DNA of 64,000 bases from Phycisphaerae bacterium (GCA_012729815.1 JAAYCJ010000014.1:1043-65042), one strand, 5' to 3'. Shown: positions 18,971 to 30,400, numbered from the stretch's first letter. Translations and numbers: made by a program. The notes: generated by a model from the sequence alone, not told the origin.

Positions 18971-19073
18971 TGTCTGTGAGACATGGGGACGGTGGCGCCG
19001 GCTGAGGGCGGTTTGACCGACCATCGTAAAAGGGCGCCATCGCTCCGCAGCCATCCATTCGAGGAACAGCGTC

Positions 19074-19876
19074 ATGACCGATCAGGTGCAGTTCGACGCC
19101 GCACGGCTCTTCGACCTGTCCGGCCGGGTCGCCATCGTCACCGGCGCCGCCCGCGGCAACGGACGGGCCATTGCCGAAGGCTTGGCTGCGGTCGGCGCGC
19201 CGTGGTGCTTGCCGATGTCCTGGCGGACGAACTGCAAAGCGTTGAGCAGGCCGTCGCCGAGCGCGGCGGCCGAGCCCTGGCTGTGCCCACCGACCTGCGC
19301 AACAATGACGATCTTATCTCGCTGGTCGAAAAGGCGGCAGGGGAGTTCGGGCGGATCGATGTTCTCGTCAACTGCGCCGGGGTCAGCGTTGGCGGGCCGT
19401 CGCACGAGTATGCCGAAACCGACTGGCGGTTCACCTTCGACGTCAACGTCGACGCCGCCTTCAAACTCGCCAAGCTCGTCGCCGTCCACATGATCCCGCA
19501 GCGGTCCGGCTCGATCATCAATATCACCAGCATCGGCGCCGCCCAGGGCTTTCCCAACAACCCAGCGTACCAGGCCTCGAAGGGCGCCCTTCAGCAGCTC
19601 ACGCGAGCCTTGGCCACCGATTGGGCCAGATACAACATCCGCGTCAATAACCTCTGTCCCGGTTACTTTATGACCGCGATGACCCGCAAGAGCTGGTCCA
19701 ATCCGCAGATCGCCTCCCGCCGCGCCGCCCGCTGCATGCTCAACCGCTGGGGCGAACCGCGCGAACTGGTCGGGCCGGTGATCTTCCTGGCCTCCGAAGC
19801 TTCCAGCTACATGACCGGCAACGACCTCTTCATCGACGGCGGATTCAACAAGACGGGAATCCTGGAAGGGCAGTAG
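19074..19876 (+). pseudogene. SDR family oxidoreductase (gluconate 5-dehydrogenase-like) with a frameshift near 19199
   Basis: The N-terminus with TGAARGNG is in one frame, while NCAG, YQASK and NNLCPG are in another. One G is missing at gtc-ggc-gcg-(g)cc-gtg. Confidence 0.75.
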
Positions 19877-19981
19877 CCGTTCGCCGCAAGCGGTTCCTTT
19901 CTGGTCCGCCTGTTCGCCTCTCGCTATAATGCTCTCTGGCCTGTTTGCGCGGCTTGACACCATCGAACCGGGAGAACCTCT

Positions 19982-20935
19982 GTGGACTGGATATTCGATC
20001 GTCGAAGTGGAGCGCGTGTATCCGACCGGCTCGAGCTCGCCGGCGGACCGGTGGTCGTTCTGGAAAACGAGCGTCTCCGCGCGGTCTGCCTGGCCGGCAA
20101 GGGGGCGGACATCGTCTCGCTGTTCAACAAGGACGCGGCCTGCGAATGCCTCAGCCAGCCGTATCCCACCTTTCCCTTCCGGCCCGGCGAGGCGCCCGCT
20201 CTCGGCCGCGAATTCGGCAAGTACATGACCGTCTGGCCCGAGATGTTTCCCGTGGCCAGCGCCTGGGGCGATTACTTCGGCCAGGCCCAGCCGTTCCACG
20301 GTGAGGCCCGCCTGCTCGCCTGGCGGCACGAGATCATCGAGGACTCCCCCCAACGCGTCTCGGTCCGGCTGTCGGCCCGGATGCAGCTCAGCCCGTTCCG
20401 GCTGACCCGCACCATGACCCTCGATGCCGACTCGCCCGTCCTGGCCCTCGACGAGCGCGTCGAGAATCTCGCCAACCAGCCGCTGCCGGTCCTTTGGGGC
20501 CACCATCCGACCTTTGGACCGCCGTTCCTCGACGAGACCTGCCGCGTCCAACTGCCCGGCGGCGACTACATCGACGGCGACGACTCGATGCTCCAACTCG
20601 CTCCGCCCGGCTCCGGCGTCCACAACATGTTCTATCGCCTCAACCTCTCATCCGGCCGGTGTGGCCTGTTCAGCCACAAACGCGGCTTCGGTGTCGGTCT
20701 GCGATTCGATCACCAGCTCTTTCGCGTCATCTGGATTTGGCAGGGCCTCAACCAAAACAGCGGCGCGCCAAACTTCGACACCCGCTACGCCTGCGCGGTC
20801 GAGCCGGTCACCGGCCTGCCCAAACAGCACGCCCAAAGCGACCGGACGCCGCCGATCCTCGTCCATCCCGAAACGCCGCTGACCACCCGCCTCGACGTAT
20901 TCCTCTACACCGACCAAAGGGACCTGGAGGATTGA
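19982..20935 (+). CDS. Aldose 1-epimerase/galactose mutarotase-like protein (DUF4432-like)
   Basis: LENERLR, PFHGEA, WGHHPTFG and AVEP. TATAAT at 19925. Confidence 0.75.
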   Translation: MDWIFDRRSGARVSDRLELAGGPVVVLENERLRAVCLAGKGADIVSLFNKDAACECLSQPYPTFPFRPGEAPALGREFGKYMTVWPEMFPVASAWGDYFGQAQPFHGEARLLAWRHEIIEDSPQRVSVRLSARMQLSPFRLTRTMTLDADSPVLALDERVENLANQPLPVLWGHHPTFGPPFLDETCRVQLPGGDYIDGDDSMLQLAPPGSGVHNMFYRLNLSSGRCGLFSHKRGFGVGLRFDHQLFRVIWIWQGLNQNSGAPNFDTRYACAVEPVTGLPKQHAQSDRTPPILVHPETPLTTRLDVFLYTDQRDLED

Positions 20936-20937
20936 CG

Positions 20938-21501
20938 ATGGGCGAACTTCGACCACCGCCGCCGGCCAAGCTGTTTGTCGCGATGCTCGTCGCGCCGGAC
21001 GTTGCCGGCCGCGTCGACCGGATCGACGGGCGGCTGATCGAGTGTTTCGGCCCCATCGATCTGGTCAGTCCCGATTTCTCCTTCGAGTTCACCGACTACT
21101 ACAAGGCCGAGATGGGCGAGAATCTGGTCCGTCGTATCGTCAGCTTCGAATCCCTCTTCGATCCGGCCGGGCTGCCGGCGGTCAAGCACCGCACCAACGA
21201 CCTGGAAGCCGAGTTGACGGCTGAGCTGCGTAATCCTGAGTCCGGCCGGGCGGTCAACCTTGACGCGGGCTATCTGACCCTCGGCCAACTCGTTCTGGCC
21301 ACCACCAAGAGCCACGCCCACCGTCTCTACCTGCGCGACGGGATATGGGCTGAGGTCACCCTCCGCTATCACAAGGGCGACTACGAAAAATGGCCCTGGA
21401 CCTATCCGGACTATGCCTCCGGACGGTATAATTCGTTCTGGCGACCGATGCGCGACAAACTCAAGCGGCAGATGGAGGAAACGCAAAGCTCCCATGAATG
21501 A
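20938..21501 (+). CDS. DUF4416 family protein
   Basis: 'FTDYYKAEMG', 'VNLDAGYL', 'LATTK..HRLYL' and 'WTYPDY'. Confidence 0.85.
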   Translation: MGELRPPPPAKLFVAMLVAPDVAGRVDRIDGRLIECFGPIDLVSPDFSFEFTDYYKAEMGENLVRRIVSFESLFDPAGLPAVKHRTNDLEAELTAELRNPESGRAVNLDAGYLTLGQLVLATTKSHAHRLYLRDGIWAEVTLRYHKGDYEKWPWTYPDYASGRYNSFWRPMRDKLKRQMEETQSSHE

Positions 21502-22600
21502 CCCTTCCACCGCCACGCTGGCCCGCATGCTCCTGCTGATCGCCGGGCCCTCAGCGGTCGTCAGTTTCGGCCTGTGCTACCTGATGCGGGTGTTGGCCCC
21601 GGCGCTCGGTTATATGGACCGTCCCGGCGGCCGCAAGAGCCACCCGCGCGCCATGCCGATGGGCGGCGGCGTCGCCGTCGTGCTGACGGTGATCGCCTTG
21701 ATCGCGGCGGGGATCGCCGCGGTGCTCTCCGATGTCTACGCCTCGTTTCCCGCGTTCGACTGGCTCGCCGTGCACCGCGAAGGCCTGGCCTTGCGGCTCC
21801 ATCAATTGGCCGGCGTCCTGTTCTGCGGGCTGATCCTCCTCGTTCTGGGCGTCTTCGACGACGTCAAGGATCTCGGCCCCAGGTTCAAACTCCTCGTCCA
21901 GTTCCTTCTGGCCGGTCTGGTGGTCTTCGGGTTCGACGTTCAGGCGACGGTCTTCCTGCCCGCGCCGATCCTCGGTTCGCTGCTGACCGTGCTGTGGATC
22001 GTGGTCATCACCAACGCCTTCAACTTCCTGGACAACGCCGACGGCCTGGCCTCCGGCGTCGCCCTTATCTGCACCGCCGTGCTGATCGCCGTCGCCGTCG
22101 GCTCGGGCCAGATCTTCGTCTCAGCCTATCTGGCCTGCTTCGCCGGGGCGATCATCGGATTCCTGCTTCACAATTTCCCGCCCGCCCGCATCTACCTCGG
22201 CGACGCGGGCAGCCAGCCCATTGGCTTCCTGCTCGCCGTCGGCACCATCCTGACCACCTATTATCAGGAGCAGTCGCCCGATCAGCTCCGCACCGCCGTC
22301 TTTATTCCGCTTATCATCATGGCCATTCCGCTCTACGATTTCTTCTCGGTGATCGTCATCCGGCTGCGGGCGGGCAAGAGCCCGTTCGTCGGCGACCACC
22401 GGCATTTCTCGCACCGCCTGCTGCAGCGCGGCCTGCGGGTGCGCGACGTGGTGCTGACCATCTACCTGGCCTGCGGCGCCACCGCCGTCGGAGCGATCGT
22501 CCTTCAGCAGGTCGCCTGGCCGTACGCGATGCTCATCTTCCTCCAGACCCTCTGCATCGTCGCCATCATCGGCATTCTGGAGTATCAGCCGAAAAAGTGA
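21494..22600 (+). CDS. wecA: Undecaprenyl-phosphate alpha-GlcNAc-1-phosphate transferase (MraY/WecA, GT4 family)
   Basis: DRPGGRKSH..PMGGG, GVFDD, NAFNFLDNADGL, NFPPARIYLGDAGS and DHRHFSHRL. Confidence 0.85.
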   Translation: MNDPSTATLARMLLLIAGPSAVVSFGLCYLMRVLAPALGYMDRPGGRKSHPRAMPMGGGVAVVLTVIALIAAGIAAVLSDVYASFPAFDWLAVHREGLALRLHQLAGVLFCGLILLVLGVFDDVKDLGPRFKLLVQFLLAGLVVFGFDVQATVFLPAPILGSLLTVLWIVVITNAFNFLDNADGLASGVALICTAVLIAVAVGSGQIFVSAYLACFAGAIIGFLLHNFPPARIYLGDAGSQPIGFLLAVGTILTTYYQEQSPDQLRTAVFIPLIIMAIPLYDFFSVIVIRLRAGKSPFVGDHRHFSHRLLQRGLRVRDVVLTIYLACGATAVGAIVLQQVAWPYAMLIFLQTLCIVAIIGILEYQPKK

Positions 22601-22601
22601 C

Positions 22602-24914
22602 ATGAACGCCACGGCCCGACCGCACAACCCGGTCCGCGAGAAGCTCTCAGCCGCCCTGTTCGTGATGCTGCTGATCGTGATCGGCGTCGCCTCCATCAGC
22701 CAACTCCGCTGGACCAGCCCTTCCGGCCAGATGGACAGCAGCTTCGGCGGCGGTTACGATCTGACCGCTGCGGCGGTCATGGGTCTGGTGGTCCTGCTGG
22801 TTGGCGCGGCTGCGTGGATCGTCTGCCCGTGTCGGCCGCGACTGAACCTGCTGCTGGCCGCTGAGATCCTCTTCGTCGCCGGCCTGATCGTCTCGACCTG
22901 GTTCGCCGCCGACCATCGCGTTGCCCTCAACTACGCCGCCGGCTTCGTCGTGTGCCTCGTGCTCATGCACGCGACGTTCCGCCTGACCGACCGGCCGTGG
23001 AAGGTGCGGCTCGCCCTGATCGCCCTGGTCGCTCTGGGAACCATCTTCGCCCTCAAGACCTGGAGCCGCGAACTCTACGAGACCGACCAGACCTGGACGC
23101 AGTACCTCGAAACCCGCGAGCAGCTCTGGGCTCGTCAGGGCAAGGCGCTCGACGACCCAGCGGTCAAGCTCTACGAGGCCCGCCTGCTGAGCCGCGACAA
23201 CGGCGGCTTCTTCTTTCACGGCAATCTCGGCGGGGCCTATCTGGCCTTCCTTTTGATGGTCAGCCTCGCCGCCGTCGCCAACCGCCTTCGCGACCGGGCC
23301 GGGCCGTACCAGAAGACCTGGCTGGCGGTCCAGGTGCTGCTGTCGCTGCTGATCGCCTCCGCCCTGGTCATCACCTACAGCAAGGGCGCGATGATGGCTT
23401 TGGGCATTGCGCTGATGGCCTCGATGATCCTGCTGCTCTTTGGGCGGCGGCTGCGGCGGCGGGTCAACCTGGCCGCACTCGTCGCGCTGCTGATCGTGCT
23501 GGCCGGTTTCGCCGCGGTCATCGGCCACGGCCTGGCCCGAAACACGCTGCCGACGCTGTCGATGGCGTTTCGCTGGCAGTACTGGACCGCCGGCTGGCAT
23601 ATGTTCCTCGACCATCCGCTGACCGGCGTCGGGCCCGGCAACTTCGGCTATCACTACATGCGCTACAAACTGCCCGAAGCCGAAGAGGAGGTTCTCTCGC
23701 CGCACAATTTCATCGTGCAGGGCTTCACCGAATTCGGCATCCTCGGCGGCCTCGGCATCGTCCTGCTGCCGCTGGCGATCTTCTACAGCCTTGCCCGCTC
23801 CGCCGCCGCCGATTCGCCGCCGCTGTCCGTTCTCGAATCGCAGCCGCCCCGCGCCGGCCCGCTGATGCTCATCATCCTCGCCGGCATCTACATCTTCGCC
23901 GTCGCGTTCAACCAGACCGGCCTGGACAACCCGCTGATCCTGTTGGCGCTTCACTGGCCCTACATCCTCGGTTTCGCCCTGAGTTTCACCCTCTCGTCGC
24001 TCCGCTTCGACGAACTTGGCGACATCGACGACCGCTTCGGCGGCCGCGGCAAGCTCGTCGATCCGCCGGTGCTGGTCTTCCTCGCTGGCGCGCTGGTGCT
24101 CTTTGTCGCGGGCAACCTGGTCAACTTCTCGTTCTTCGAGCCTTCGAACCAGTTCCTGTTCTTCTTCATAGCGGGCCTGGCGCTCGCCGCGGCGCCCCCG
24201 CAGACATCGCTCACGACGCCCAAGTGCGACCTGGCCAAATCCGCCGGTCTGGCCGTCCTGGCCCTGCTGTTCCTGATCTACGTTGTCGTGCCCGCCGCCC
24301 GCATCGAGACCGCGGTGGCCGACGCCGAAGACTCACCGCCCGCCCGCGATCCCGCCTTCGATCAGCCGTATCAACGCCTGGTCGAGCTTACCGAGCAATA
24401 TCCCTTCGACCCGCACCCGCCCGCCAAGGCCGCTGAGCGGCTGCTGCGACTCGCCCAGCCCGGCGTCGCTCCGGAGCTTCTGATCGCGCAGGCGGTCAAA
24501 CACTTCCAGCAGGCCCGCAGCCGCGCGCCGCAAGTCTACCGTTTCTGGCGGGCTGAGGCCCAGGCATGGCTCCTGCTCGCCGAGACCCGCCCGACCCGCG
24601 CCGATCACGCCTACACCCAGGCCGAAACGCTCCTCGACTGCGCCCTGGAACTGGCCCCGCGCTCTCGTTCGCTCTGGGTCACCGCGGGCCTGACCTCCTA
24701 CCAGCACGCCGTCGCCCTCGAGCCCGCTCAGCCCGACCGCGCCGCCCGCCTCGCCCTCCAGGCCAAAGAGCGTCTTACCACCGCGCTCGAACTCAACGAC
24801 GCCCTTCCCGAAAACTCCCTGCGCCGCTTCCCGCCGTCCCAAATGCGGCAGATCCACAGCGCCCTGGCCTCGCTGGATACCTTCCTCTCCCAGACCACCC
24901 AGCCCGCCCCATAA
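22602..24914 (+). CDS. O-antigen ligase (Wzy_C) family protein with a C-terminal TPR-like region
   Basis: Many TM helices, TYSKGA, R..YW...HPLTGVGPGNF and PHN.FIVQGFTEFGILG. Confidence 0.85.
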   Translation: MNATARPHNPVREKLSAALFVMLLIVIGVASISQLRWTSPSGQMDSSFGGGYDLTAAAVMGLVVLLVGAAAWIVCPCRPRLNLLLAAEILFVAGLIVSTWFAADHRVALNYAAGFVVCLVLMHATFRLTDRPWKVRLALIALVALGTIFALKTWSRELYETDQTWTQYLETREQLWARQGKALDDPAVKLYEARLLSRDNGGFFFHGNLGGAYLAFLLMVSLAAVANRLRDRAGPYQKTWLAVQVLLSLLIASALVITYSKGAMMALGIALMASMILLLFGRRLRRRVNLAALVALLIVLAGFAAVIGHGLARNTLPTLSMAFRWQYWTAGWHMFLDHPLTGVGPGNFGYHYMRYKLPEAEEEVLSPHNFIVQGFTEFGILGGLGIVLLPLAIFYSLARSAAADSPPLSVLESQPPRAGPLMLIILAGIYIFAVAFNQTGLDNPLILLALHWPYILGFALSFTLSSLRFDELGDIDDRFGGRGKLVDPPVLVFLAGALVLFVAGNLVNFSFFEPSNQFLFFFIAGLALAAAPPQTSLTTPKCDLAKSAGLAVLALLFLIYVVVPAARIETAVADAEDSPPARDPAFDQPYQRLVELTEQYPFDPHPPAKAAERLLRLAQPGVAPELLIAQAVKHFQQARSRAPQVYRFWRAEAQAWLLLAETRPTRADHAYTQAETLLDCALELAPRSRSLWVTAGLTSYQHAVALEPAQPDRAARLALQAKERLTTALELNDALPENSLRRFPPSQMRQIHSALASLDTFLSQTTQPAP

Positions 24915-24944
24915 AAAAAGAGGCCGCCCAACAGCGACCTCTTC
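24915..24944. terminator. Hairpin terminator between convergent genes
   Basis: AAAAAAAGAGGCCGC-ccaaca-GCGACCTCTT. The A-tract gives a U-tail on the minus strand. Confidence 0.65.
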
Positions 24945-24970
24945 TATTCTGGCTTCTGACTTCCGCCTTC

Positions 24971-25654
24971 TTACTTCTTTTCCGCCTTCTCGATCACCAC
25001 CGGCTCGGCCGGCACATTCTCGTGCGGTCCGACCCTCGTCGTCCGCACCGCGACGATCTTGTCCACCACGTCCATCCCCTCGACCACCTTGCCGAACACC
25101 GCGTAGCCCGGATTCCGCGCCCCGCGATAGTTCAGGAAATCGTTGTTCGCCACGTTGACAAAGAACTGCGCCGTCGCGCTGTCCGGATCGGCGGTCCGCG
25201 CCATCGCGATCGTGCCGCGCAGGTTCTTCAAGCCGTTCGCGGCTTCGTTCTTGATCGGCTTGTGCACCCGCTTCTGCTCCATCCGCGGCGTGAACCCGCC
25301 GCCCTGGATCATGAAGTCCGGGATCACCCGGTGAAAGATCGTCCCGTCGAAATGCCCCTCTTCGACGTACCGCAGGAAGTTCTTCGCTGTGATCGGCGCC
25401 TTCTCTTCATTCAGCTCCAGCACGATCCGGCCCATGCTCGTCTCGAGCACCACCTGCGGCGCCTTCGGCTGGGTGGTCGGCTGAGTCGCCGGCTGCGTCG
25501 AAGCCTGCTCGCTCGGCCTGGTCGTCGGTTTCTGATCCGTCATGGTCGTCTCCTTTGTGGTTCCTTCATCCGCCCGGCTTTCCCAACTGCCGTACCCGAT
25601 CAGCCACGCCAGTCCCGCCGTCAACGCCCCAGCCGCGATCAGTGAACGCTTCAT
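24971..25654 (-). CDS. ppiA: Periplasmic cyclophilin-type peptidyl-prolyl cis-trans isomerase
   Basis: Signal peptide, TTQP-rich linker, [23 protein letters not shown] and SATAQFFVN. Confidence 0.9.
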   Translation of the reverse strand: MKRSLIAAGALTAGLAWLIGYGSWESRADEGTTKETTMTDQKPTTRPSEQASTQPATQPTTQPKAPQVVLETSMGRIVLELNEEKAPITAKNFLRYVEEGHFDGTIFHRVIPDFMIQGGGFTPRMEQKRVHKPIKNEAANGLKNLRGTIAMARTADPDSATAQFFVNVANNDFLNYRGARNPGYAVFGKVVEGMDVVDKIVAVRTTRVGPHENVPAEPVVIEKAEKK

Positions 25655-25787
25655 TGGTCAAGCTCCTGAAAAAAGTCTCCCAATCCTAGCACCCGCCGCC
25701 CGCCCAGACCACCCAAAAACTCCACAAATCCGCCGCCGCGGTGGCCGTCCGAAGGCCGGTGAGAAACGTCTCTGTTCCGGGTCTTGT

Positions 25788-26501
25788 CTATAATCCCAAA
25801 AACTGGATCGCCAGACCCGAACCGCAGATCACCAGCCCCGCCAAAGCGTGAGCGTAGCGTTCCAGCTTGCCCAGCGGCACGAACGACAGGCCCGCCGACG
25901 AGAGCAGCACCACGCCCATCATCGTCGCGATCGTCACCGCCCCGAACACGCCGGCCACCGCCGCCACGCCCCAAAGGCTGTTCTTGATCGCTGGGTACAT
26001 CAGCACCGGGATCAGCGGCTCGCACGGCCCGAACACGAAGATCGTGAACAGAATCCACGGCGTCATGCTCACCGCCGCCTCTTGGCTGTGGACGTGAACG
26101 TGCTCCTGGTGGTGCGTGTGCTCGTGCACGTGCGATTCCTGCTCGCCGTGCTCGTGCCAGTGGCGGTGCGGCTGATTGCGGTACGCCCGCCGCAGACCCC
26201 ACACGAAATACGCGAACCCGAACGCGATCAGCCCCCACGCCGCGATCTGCCCGCGATGCGACTCGATTTCCACCAGACTGTCCACCGCCGCGCCGAGCGC
26301 GATTCCCGCGAACCCCAGCACCACCGAACTGCCGATATGCCCCACTCCGCATGCGAACGTCACTGCAGTCGTCTTCGGCAGCGACCAGCGCCCCGCCTTC
26401 GACATCATGATAAACGGCAGATAATGATCCGGTCCCAGCAGCGTATGGAAAAACCCGATCGACGCCGCCGTCGCCAGCAACAAGCCCATCTCACTGCTCA
26501 T
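25788..26501 (-). CDS. His-rich nickel/cobalt transporter family membrane protein (UreH/RcnA/DsbD_2-like)
   Basis: 'FHTLLGPDHYLP', a His-rich loop HRHWHEH...HVHEHTHH and GPCEPLIP. Confidence 0.75.
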   Translation of the reverse strand: MSSEMGLLLATAASIGFFHTLLGPDHYLPFIMMSKAGRWSLPKTTAVTFACGVGHIGSSVVLGFAGIALGAAVDSLVEIESHRGQIAAWGLIAFGFAYFVWGLRRAYRNQPHRHWHEHGEQESHVHEHTHHQEHVHVHSQEAAVSMTPWILFTIFVFGPCEPLIPVLMYPAIKNSLWGVAAVAGVFGAVTIATMMGVVLLSSAGLSFVPLGKLERYAHALAGLVICGSGLAIQFLGL

Positions 26502-26572
26502 CGCGAAAATCCTTCACTCAAAGCCTTCGGTGTTAGCGGAGAGTCTACCGATCCGCCTCCGCCCACGCAATG

Positions 26573-26614
26573 GTAGGGCGGGAGGTTCTCGCCGAAGGCG
26601 AGGTTCACCCGCCA
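26573..26614 (+). repeat. GTAG-type REP-like hairpin
   Basis: GTAG followed by GGCGGG...CTCGCCGAAGGCGAG...CCCGCC (nested stem-loop). Confidence 0.5.
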
Positions 26615-26642
26615 TCCGAAAACCAACGACGAAATAAATAAC

Positions 26643-26708
26643 GTAGCTCCGCCGCCCCCGGCGGAGTCTTCCTTCATTCTGACTTCTGACCACTGAATTC
26701 TGAGTTCT
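26643..26708 (+). repeat. REP-like composite repeat, copy 1 (GTAG + CTCCGCCG-CCCC-CGGCGGAG + heptamer array)
   Basis: Perfect 8-bp palindrome preceded by GTAG, followed by TCTTCC-TTCATTCTGACTTCTGACCACTGAATTCTGA. Recurs at 32370 and 33542. Confidence 0.8.
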
Positions 26709-26748
26709 TTTCCCCATCCCCCCTCCCTCACCCGCCGCGCGCAAAAAA

Positions 26749-27138
26749 AGAGAGCGTTCCATAAGCCGAATTCTGTCTCCCGATCGCTCGGGAGGGCGGC
26801 CATTTATCTGGGCCCGCCGTTGCCGACAGGCTCGTGCGGCCTACCCGGGACTCGAACGAGACGGGCCGCCTCGTCCGGACGCTTCCGCGCCCGGTCGTCC
26901 CCTATTTGGCCTTGCCGGCGGTGGGGTTTGCCGTGCCCCCGACGTCGCCGCCGGGGCGGTGAGCTCTTACCTCGCCTTTTCACCCTTACCCGTCCACGCC
27001 GAAGCGCCGACGGGCGGTATCTTTTCTGTGGCACTTTCCCTGGGGTCACCCCCGGTGGACGTTATCCACCACCGCGCCCGGTCCGGTTCGGACTTTCCTC
27101 CCAGCCAACGGCTGAGCGGCCGCCTGGAACACTCTCTC
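26749..27138 (-). ncRNA. rnpB: RNase P RNA, bacterial class A
   Basis: Minus strand has GAGGAAAGTCC, GGAAAGTGCCACAGAAA, GGGTGAAAAGGCGAGGTAAGAGCTCACC, AAACCCCACC..GCAAGGCCAA and ACAGAATTCGGCTTAT. The ends pair (GAGAGTGTTCC/GGAACGCTCTC). Confidence 0.97.
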
Positions 27139-27144
27139 TAATAG

Positions 27145-27173
27145 ATTATACGCATCTCTCGACCCGGCCTCAA
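27145..27173 (-). promoter_or_regulatory. Sigma70 promoter of rnpB
   Basis: TTGAGG, 17 nt spacer, TATAAT, ending 6 nt before the RNA 5' end. Confidence 0.8.
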
Positions 27174-27476
27174 GGGTTGCCAAACCGACGGGGCGGGAGC
27201 ATGCCCCATCTTGCATCTTGCTGTTTGGTATTTTCATTTTTCATCTCCCCTCCGCCCCCCTGACTTCCCGTCTTCCCGGGCCTACAATACAGGGTCGGGG
27301 TGATTCGCAGCGTGGGGAACTCCTTGCAAACCCTGATGAATTTGGTACGGTATCGGGTGGGAACGAACCGGGTGTGGCAGGTTAGCCGGGGCCTCAAGAC
27401 CGATCAGCGATCAGACGGTGGAGGGTAGGCCGTTGCGCGGGTTGGGCAGCGTCCGCCAACCGGCAAAGGAGCACCG

Positions 27477-30400
27477 ATGACGTCGTCGAAACGAAGGAAA
27501 CCGGACCACAACAAGCCTGATGGCGACCAATCGCCGGCACCGACGCCAGAGCACGATCAGGCCCACGATCAGGCCCAGCAAGAGGCCGCCGACAAGGGCC
27601 GGTCCGAGGCTCCAGACCAGGCGCAAGACTCGGAACGCCAACAGGTTGAGGGCGAAGACGTCCAGCCGACCGACGAATGGCTCAGCCAGGGCCGCCAGGA
27701 TCAATCCAAAAGCCAGGAGACTTCCCAGCCCCCCGAGCAGGCTGACCAAGAGGCCCAACCCCGTCCGGCCCTGTTCGTGGCCGGAGTCGGGGCCTCAGCC
27801 GGAGGGGTCCGGGCCATCGAGGAGTTCTTCTCCGAAATGCCGCAGGGCTCGAAGATCGCCTTCGTCATCCTCCAGCATATGGCGCCGGGCCACCGCAGCG
27901 TCCTGGACGCCCTGATCCGCCGAAAGACCGAAATCACCGTTGAAGAGGCCCAGGAAAAAGCCCGTCTCCAGGCCGATCACGTCTACGTCGTCCAGTCCGG
28001 CAGGGACGTGGACTTCCGCGACGGCTGTTTCCACTTCGAAGCCTCCGGCGAGGAACGCGGCAGCCGCATGCCCATCGACCACCTCTTCCGATCGCTCGCC
28101 GCTGAGTTCGGCGACCGCGCCATCGCCGTCATCCTCTCCGGAGCGGGAAGCGACGGGACGCTGGGCCTCAAGGAGATCAAGGGCGAAGGCGGCGTGGTCA
28201 TGGTCCAGGATCCTGACGAGGCTGAATACGCCAGCATGCCCAGCAGCGCCGTAGCCACCGCGCTGGCCGACATGGTCCTGCCCGTCCGCCGGATGGCCGA
28301 GGAATTGCTCCGCTACGTGGACCACCCAGCCGCCGGCGCCACGCCGGCCGCCGAACGCGAGACCAACGAGCGGAAGTTCGAAAAGAACGTCCAGCGGATC
28401 ATCCAGATCGTCCGGGCCAAGACCGGACACAACTTTGTCCACTACAAACAGAACACCATCCGTCGGCGGATCCAGCGGCGGATCGCCGTCCACCAACTTC
28501 CCGATATCGAGGAGTACGTCAAATTCCTCCGCCAGAACCCCGACGAGGTCCAGGCCCTCTTCCGCGACCTGTTGATCAACGTGACCAGCTTCTTCCGCGA
28601 TCCGGAGGCCTGGGTTGCCCTCCAGGAGGACGTGGTCACGCCCATCGTGCGAGACCGTGACCCGGAAGAACCCATCCGCGTCTGGGTTCCCGGCTGCGCC
28701 ACCGGTGAGGAGGCCTACTCCGTGGCCATCCTCTTCGCCGAGGCCATGGACCGCCTCGAACGCCAGATCCCGATCAAAATCTTCGCCACCGACATCAGCC
28801 CCGAGGGCATCGACGCCGCCCGCGACGGCTGCTACCCGCCCAACATCGCCGCCGACCTGACGCCCGCGCGCCTCAAGGAGTATTTCGTCAAGAAGGAAGA
28901 GCAGTACCGCGTGGTCAACCGAATCCGCGAAATGGTCGTCTTCGCCGTCCACGACCTGACCCGCGACCCGCCGTTCTCCCAACTCGACCTGATCACCTGC
29001 CGTAACCTCCTGATCTACATGGACCAGGACCTCCAGAAAACCATCCTCCCCGTCTTCCACTACAGCCTGGCCCGAGGCGGGTGCCTGTTTCTGGGCACTT
29101 CCGAGGGCGTCGGCGATTTCCTCCAAATGTACGCCCCGGTCGACAAGAGGTGGAAGATCTACCGGGTCGAACCGGTCTCCAGCGAGCGGCACATCGAGGA
29201 ATTCCGCCAGGCCATCCTCGGCCTCGAGCCGCCAAGACTCCGACGCGTGATCGCCATGGCGGACCGCGAGAAACCGCGGGAAAAAGAAACCCGATCCGGT
29301 GATCGCGAGGATCGGCCCGCTCCGCCCGCGCCCGTCGACGCCCGCGAGGTCCTGCGGCGGACCATGATGGACCGCTACGCCCCGCCCGCCGTCCTGCTCG
29401 ACCACGACTTTAACGTCCTCTACTTCCACGGCGAGACCGACAAGTTCCTCCGCCCTCCCCAGGGCGAGCCGGCGTTCAACCTCCTCGCCATGGCCCGCGA
29501 TAGCCTGCTCTACCGCCTCACCGTCGCCCTCCGCGAGGCCCGCAGCGAAGGCAAGCCCGTCCGCTGCGAACAAATCCCGGTCCGTCGCACCGACGGGCGG
29601 TTCTTCAACGCCGACCTGACCATCAGCCCCCTCGAACGCCAGCGCGGCGGCCCGCGGCTCCTTTTGGTCACCTTCGAGGAGCACCCCGGACCTGATGACG
29701 AGGAGGCCCGACAGGCCGACCGCGACCGCGAATCCGACGCCCGTCACCAAGACCTCCAGGACCAGCTCAACTCCACCCGCCAGGACCTCCAGGCCACCAT
29801 CGAGGAACTCGAAACCTCCAACGAGGAACTCAAGAGCGCCAACGAGGAGCTTCAAGCCAACAACGAAGAGCTCCAGAGCGCCAACGAGGAACTCGAGGCC
29901 TCCCGCGAGGAACTCCAGAGCGCCAACGAGGAACTCGAGACGGTCAATACCGAACTCCACCGCCGCAACGAAGCCCTCACCGAGGCCCACGACGACATCA
30001 ACAACTTCTTCGGGGCCACCGACATCGCCACCCTCATCCTCGACACCAGGCTCCGCATCAAGCGATTCACCCCGGCGACCAAGCGGATCTTCAACCTGAT
30101 CGACGCCGACCACGGACGGGTCATCACCGATCTCACCTCGCAGCTCATTGACGTGGACCTGCTGGACCAGGCCCGCGACGTGATCGACACCCTCGACAAA
30201 AAGGAACTCGAGGTCCGGACCCGCGACGGCGGCTGCTACCAGTTGCGAATCCTGCCCTACCGCACCGCCGACAACGTCATCGAGGGCGTCGTCCTGACCT
30301 TCCAGAACATCAGCGAGGTCAAGCGAGTCCAGGAGCGGGCCCGCGACGCCCAGCGTTACGCCGAAAGCGTCATCGCCACCGTCCGCGAGCCTCTGGTCGT

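Noticed and set aside
26804-27263. Small ORFs over 26.8-27.2 kb
   Set aside because: They overlap the RNase P RNA gene.
29800-29960. 21-bp periodic repeats (aacgaggaactc...)
   Set aside because: They encode the standard EELQSANEEL coiled coil of CheB/CheR fusions.
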